In this document: positions 63,001-64,000 of the stretch, piece after piece
Position numbering within the stretch: position 1 is the stretch's first letter
How the letters are laid out: the number at the start of each line of letters is the position of its first letter
NCBI GenBank assembly: GCA_965368975.1
Contig: CBDUPA010000001.1
Span: forward strand, 128,001 to 192,000
Reading direction: 5' to 3'
Length of the DNA: 64,000 bases
From: an uncultured bacterium
GTDB lineage: Bacteria > Acidobacteriota > Thermoanaerobaculia > Multivoradales > JAHZIX01
Notes under the pieces: generated by a model
What the model was told of the DNA's origin: nothing
Databases searched by the model: none
The model's input: the letters and a program-made list of their open reading frames with translations, nothing else
Translations under genes and position numbers: made by a program

Positions 63001-63807
63001 GCCACCGACTCGCCCCAGGGAAGAGCTCTGGAGACAGCGCTGCGCAACATGGACTCGCTGGCCGAGTACCTGGTACCCAAGTGCGTCTGGTTGGTGGGCG
63101 GCGACGGCTGGGCCTACGACATCGGCTACGGCGGTCTCGACCACGTGCTCAGCTTGCCCATGAACCTCAACGTGCTGGTGCTCGATACCGAGGTCTACTC
63201 GAACACCGGCGGTCAGGCGTCCAAGGCGACGCCGCTCGGGGCCGCCGCCAAGTTCGCGGCTGCCGGCAAGGAGACGTCCAAGAAGGATCTCGGCCTCGAA
63301 ATGATGAGCTACGGCCATGTCTACGTCGCGCGTATCGCCTTCGGTGCCAAGGTCAATCAGACCGTCGAAGCGCTGCGCGAGGCAGCCGCCTATCCGGGGC
63401 CGTCGCTGGTCATCGCCTACAGTCACTGCATCGCCCACGGCTACCACCTGAGCCAGGGTGCGGAACAGCAGAAACGCGCCGTGACCGCGGGTATCTGGCC
63501 GCTCTACCGCTTCGACCCACGGCGCATCGCCGACGGCAAACCGCCGCTGCAGCTCGACTCCGGTGCTCCCAAGGGCAGTCCGGCCGAGTACATGCGTGCC
63601 GAAACCCGCTTCCGTCTGGTCGAGAAGCAGGACCCAGGCCGTTTCCGCAACTTCATAACCCGGACTGAGCAGGAAGCGCGCAGCCGTCGCAGCGTCTACG
63701 AGCAACTCGCCGGCTTGACCGTGCCCTTGGAGACAGCAGCGCGGGAGCCAGCTGCCACAGGGCCTGAGCAGCCCGCCGCGGATCCGGTGAAGGAGACCAC
63801 GCCATGA
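60013..63807 (+). CDS. nifJ: Pyruvate:ferredoxin/flavodoxin oxidoreductase
   Basis: DGNEA, YPITP, EMQSEGGAAG, two ferredoxin motifs (CIQCNQC, CTGCGLC), ACAGCGE, GGDGWAYDIG, YSNTGGQ. Confidence 0.97.
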   Translation: MRQITVDGNEAVASVAYRGHEVIAIYPITPASPMGELADAWAAAGRTNLWGTVPTVSEMQSEGGAAGAVHGSLLTGALTTTFTASQGLLLMLPNLFKIAGELTPFVLHVAARSVATHALSIFCDHSDVMAARQTGFALLASNSVQEAQDFALIAQMSTLASRVPILHFLDGFRTSHEVAKITALSDEELRALLDDALVRAHRERGLTPDHPVVRGTAQNPDTFFQAREACNRFYDACPGLVEDAMDAFALVTGRRYRLFQYHGHPEAERVLVLMGSAAETVHETVDHLVARDGAKVGVLQVHLYRPFSVEHFAAALPPTVRGLAVLDRTKEPGAVGEPLYLDVSAAVRQATAVGLAPWQEEPVVIGGRYGLSSKEFDPACVCAVFDHLQQRLQHGPRRDGHALTEVGGFTVGIVDDVTHRSLAPSSEQTLDIEPPKRVRAVFFGLGSDGTVSANKNSIKIIGKHTEHEAQGYFVYDSKKAGAVTISHLRFGPEPIRSAYLIRNAGFVACHQFDFLDRYDVLGYAAPGATVLLNAPHPEGQPQAVWDQLPREVQQQVLDKGVELYVIDAYRVAREAGLGVRINTIMQTCFFALSGVLPRERAIAEIKAAIETAYGKRGPVVARQNFAAVDQALAHLHRIETPSLTSERHLPPIVPAAAPDFVQRVTALMLAQKGDLLPVSAFPVDGTWPTATSQWEKRNIALDIPVWEPDVCIQCNQCALACPHAAIRAKVYPPEALTSAGNGNGAGSNGRPPEGFLSTAYKAKDLEGLAYTLQVAPEDCTGCGLCVAVCPAKDRSNPRRKAINMVPQRPLRDAERERYRFFLDLPELDRKHLPRLDAKGSQFLQPLFEYSGACAGCGETPYIKLLTQLFGDRLLIANGTGCSSIFGGNLPTTPYTVNADGRGPAWANSLFEDNAEFGMGFRLALDNHVTQARHQLSELARESAAASGDRATLPDTLVAELLDGSRIEVSDEAGLEAQRQRVDELKRRLAQLTTAATATDSPQGRALETALRNMDSLAEYLVPKCVWLVGGDGWAYDIGYGGLDHVLSLPMNLNVLVLDTEVYSNTGGQASKATPLGAAAKFAAAGKETSKKDLGLEMMSYGHVYVARIAFGAKVNQTVEALREAAAYPGPSLVIAYSHCIAHGYHLSQGAEQQKRAVTAGIWPLYRFDPRRIADGKPPLQLDSGAPKGSPAEYMRAETRFRLVEKQDPGRFRNFITRTEQEARSRRSVYEQLAGLTVPLETAAREPAATGPEQPAADPVKETTP

Positions 63808-64000
63808 ACCTGAGCCTGTCCTATCTCGGCTTCGATCTACCGCACCCCTTCGTCGTCGGGGCTTCACCCCTGGTGGACGACCTCGACGCCGTCCGCCGCC
63901 TGGAAGATGCCGGCGCCGCCGCCATCGTCATGCACTCGCTGTTCGAAGAGCAGCTGGTCAACGAGCAGCTGGCCGCCGAGCAGGCGTTCGGGGCGCCAGC
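63804..64000 (+). CDS. Dihydroorotate dehydrogenase-like protein (5' part, truncated by the window)
   Basis: MNLSLSYLGFDLPHPFVVGASPL...LEDAGAAAIVMHSLFEEQ. ATGA overlap with nifJ, which is a known gene pairing. Confidence 0.88.
   Translation, partial: MNLSLSYLGFDLPHPFVVGASPLVDDLDAVRRLEDAGAAAIVMHSLFEEQLVNEQLAAEQAFGAP

Overview
High-GC bacterial window, most likely Acidobacteriota. This is inferred from an ADOP-type duplicated permease, TPR-tailed Ser/Thr kinases, a PQQ-like propeller and a CadC-like regulator. No rRNA, tRNA, CRISPR array or transposase was seen. Housekeeping genes: RsmB/F methyltransferase, malQ/glgP, M32 carboxypeptidase, nfi, YceH, PFOR plus a DHOD-like gene. Accessory loci: (i) a five-gene sulfur operon, type III SQR - TusE-like - DsrE2 - FadL-type outer-membrane channel - exported triheme cytochrome c; (ii) an orphan 4-module NRPS without TE (Thr / unknown / Val-like / Val), with a probable dehydrating C domain and a degenerate C domain; (iii) two tandem secreted trypsin-like proteases ending in a conotoxin-like cystine knot, followed by a membrane-anchored regulator; (iv) a hybrid two-component sensor beside a small acidic monocistronic gene; (v) a Cys-tailed MarR with a readable operator and a secreted target; (vi) two toxin-antitoxin-like pairs, a REP doublet and several structured intergenic elements. 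All family calls come from motif recognition by eye, without database searches.
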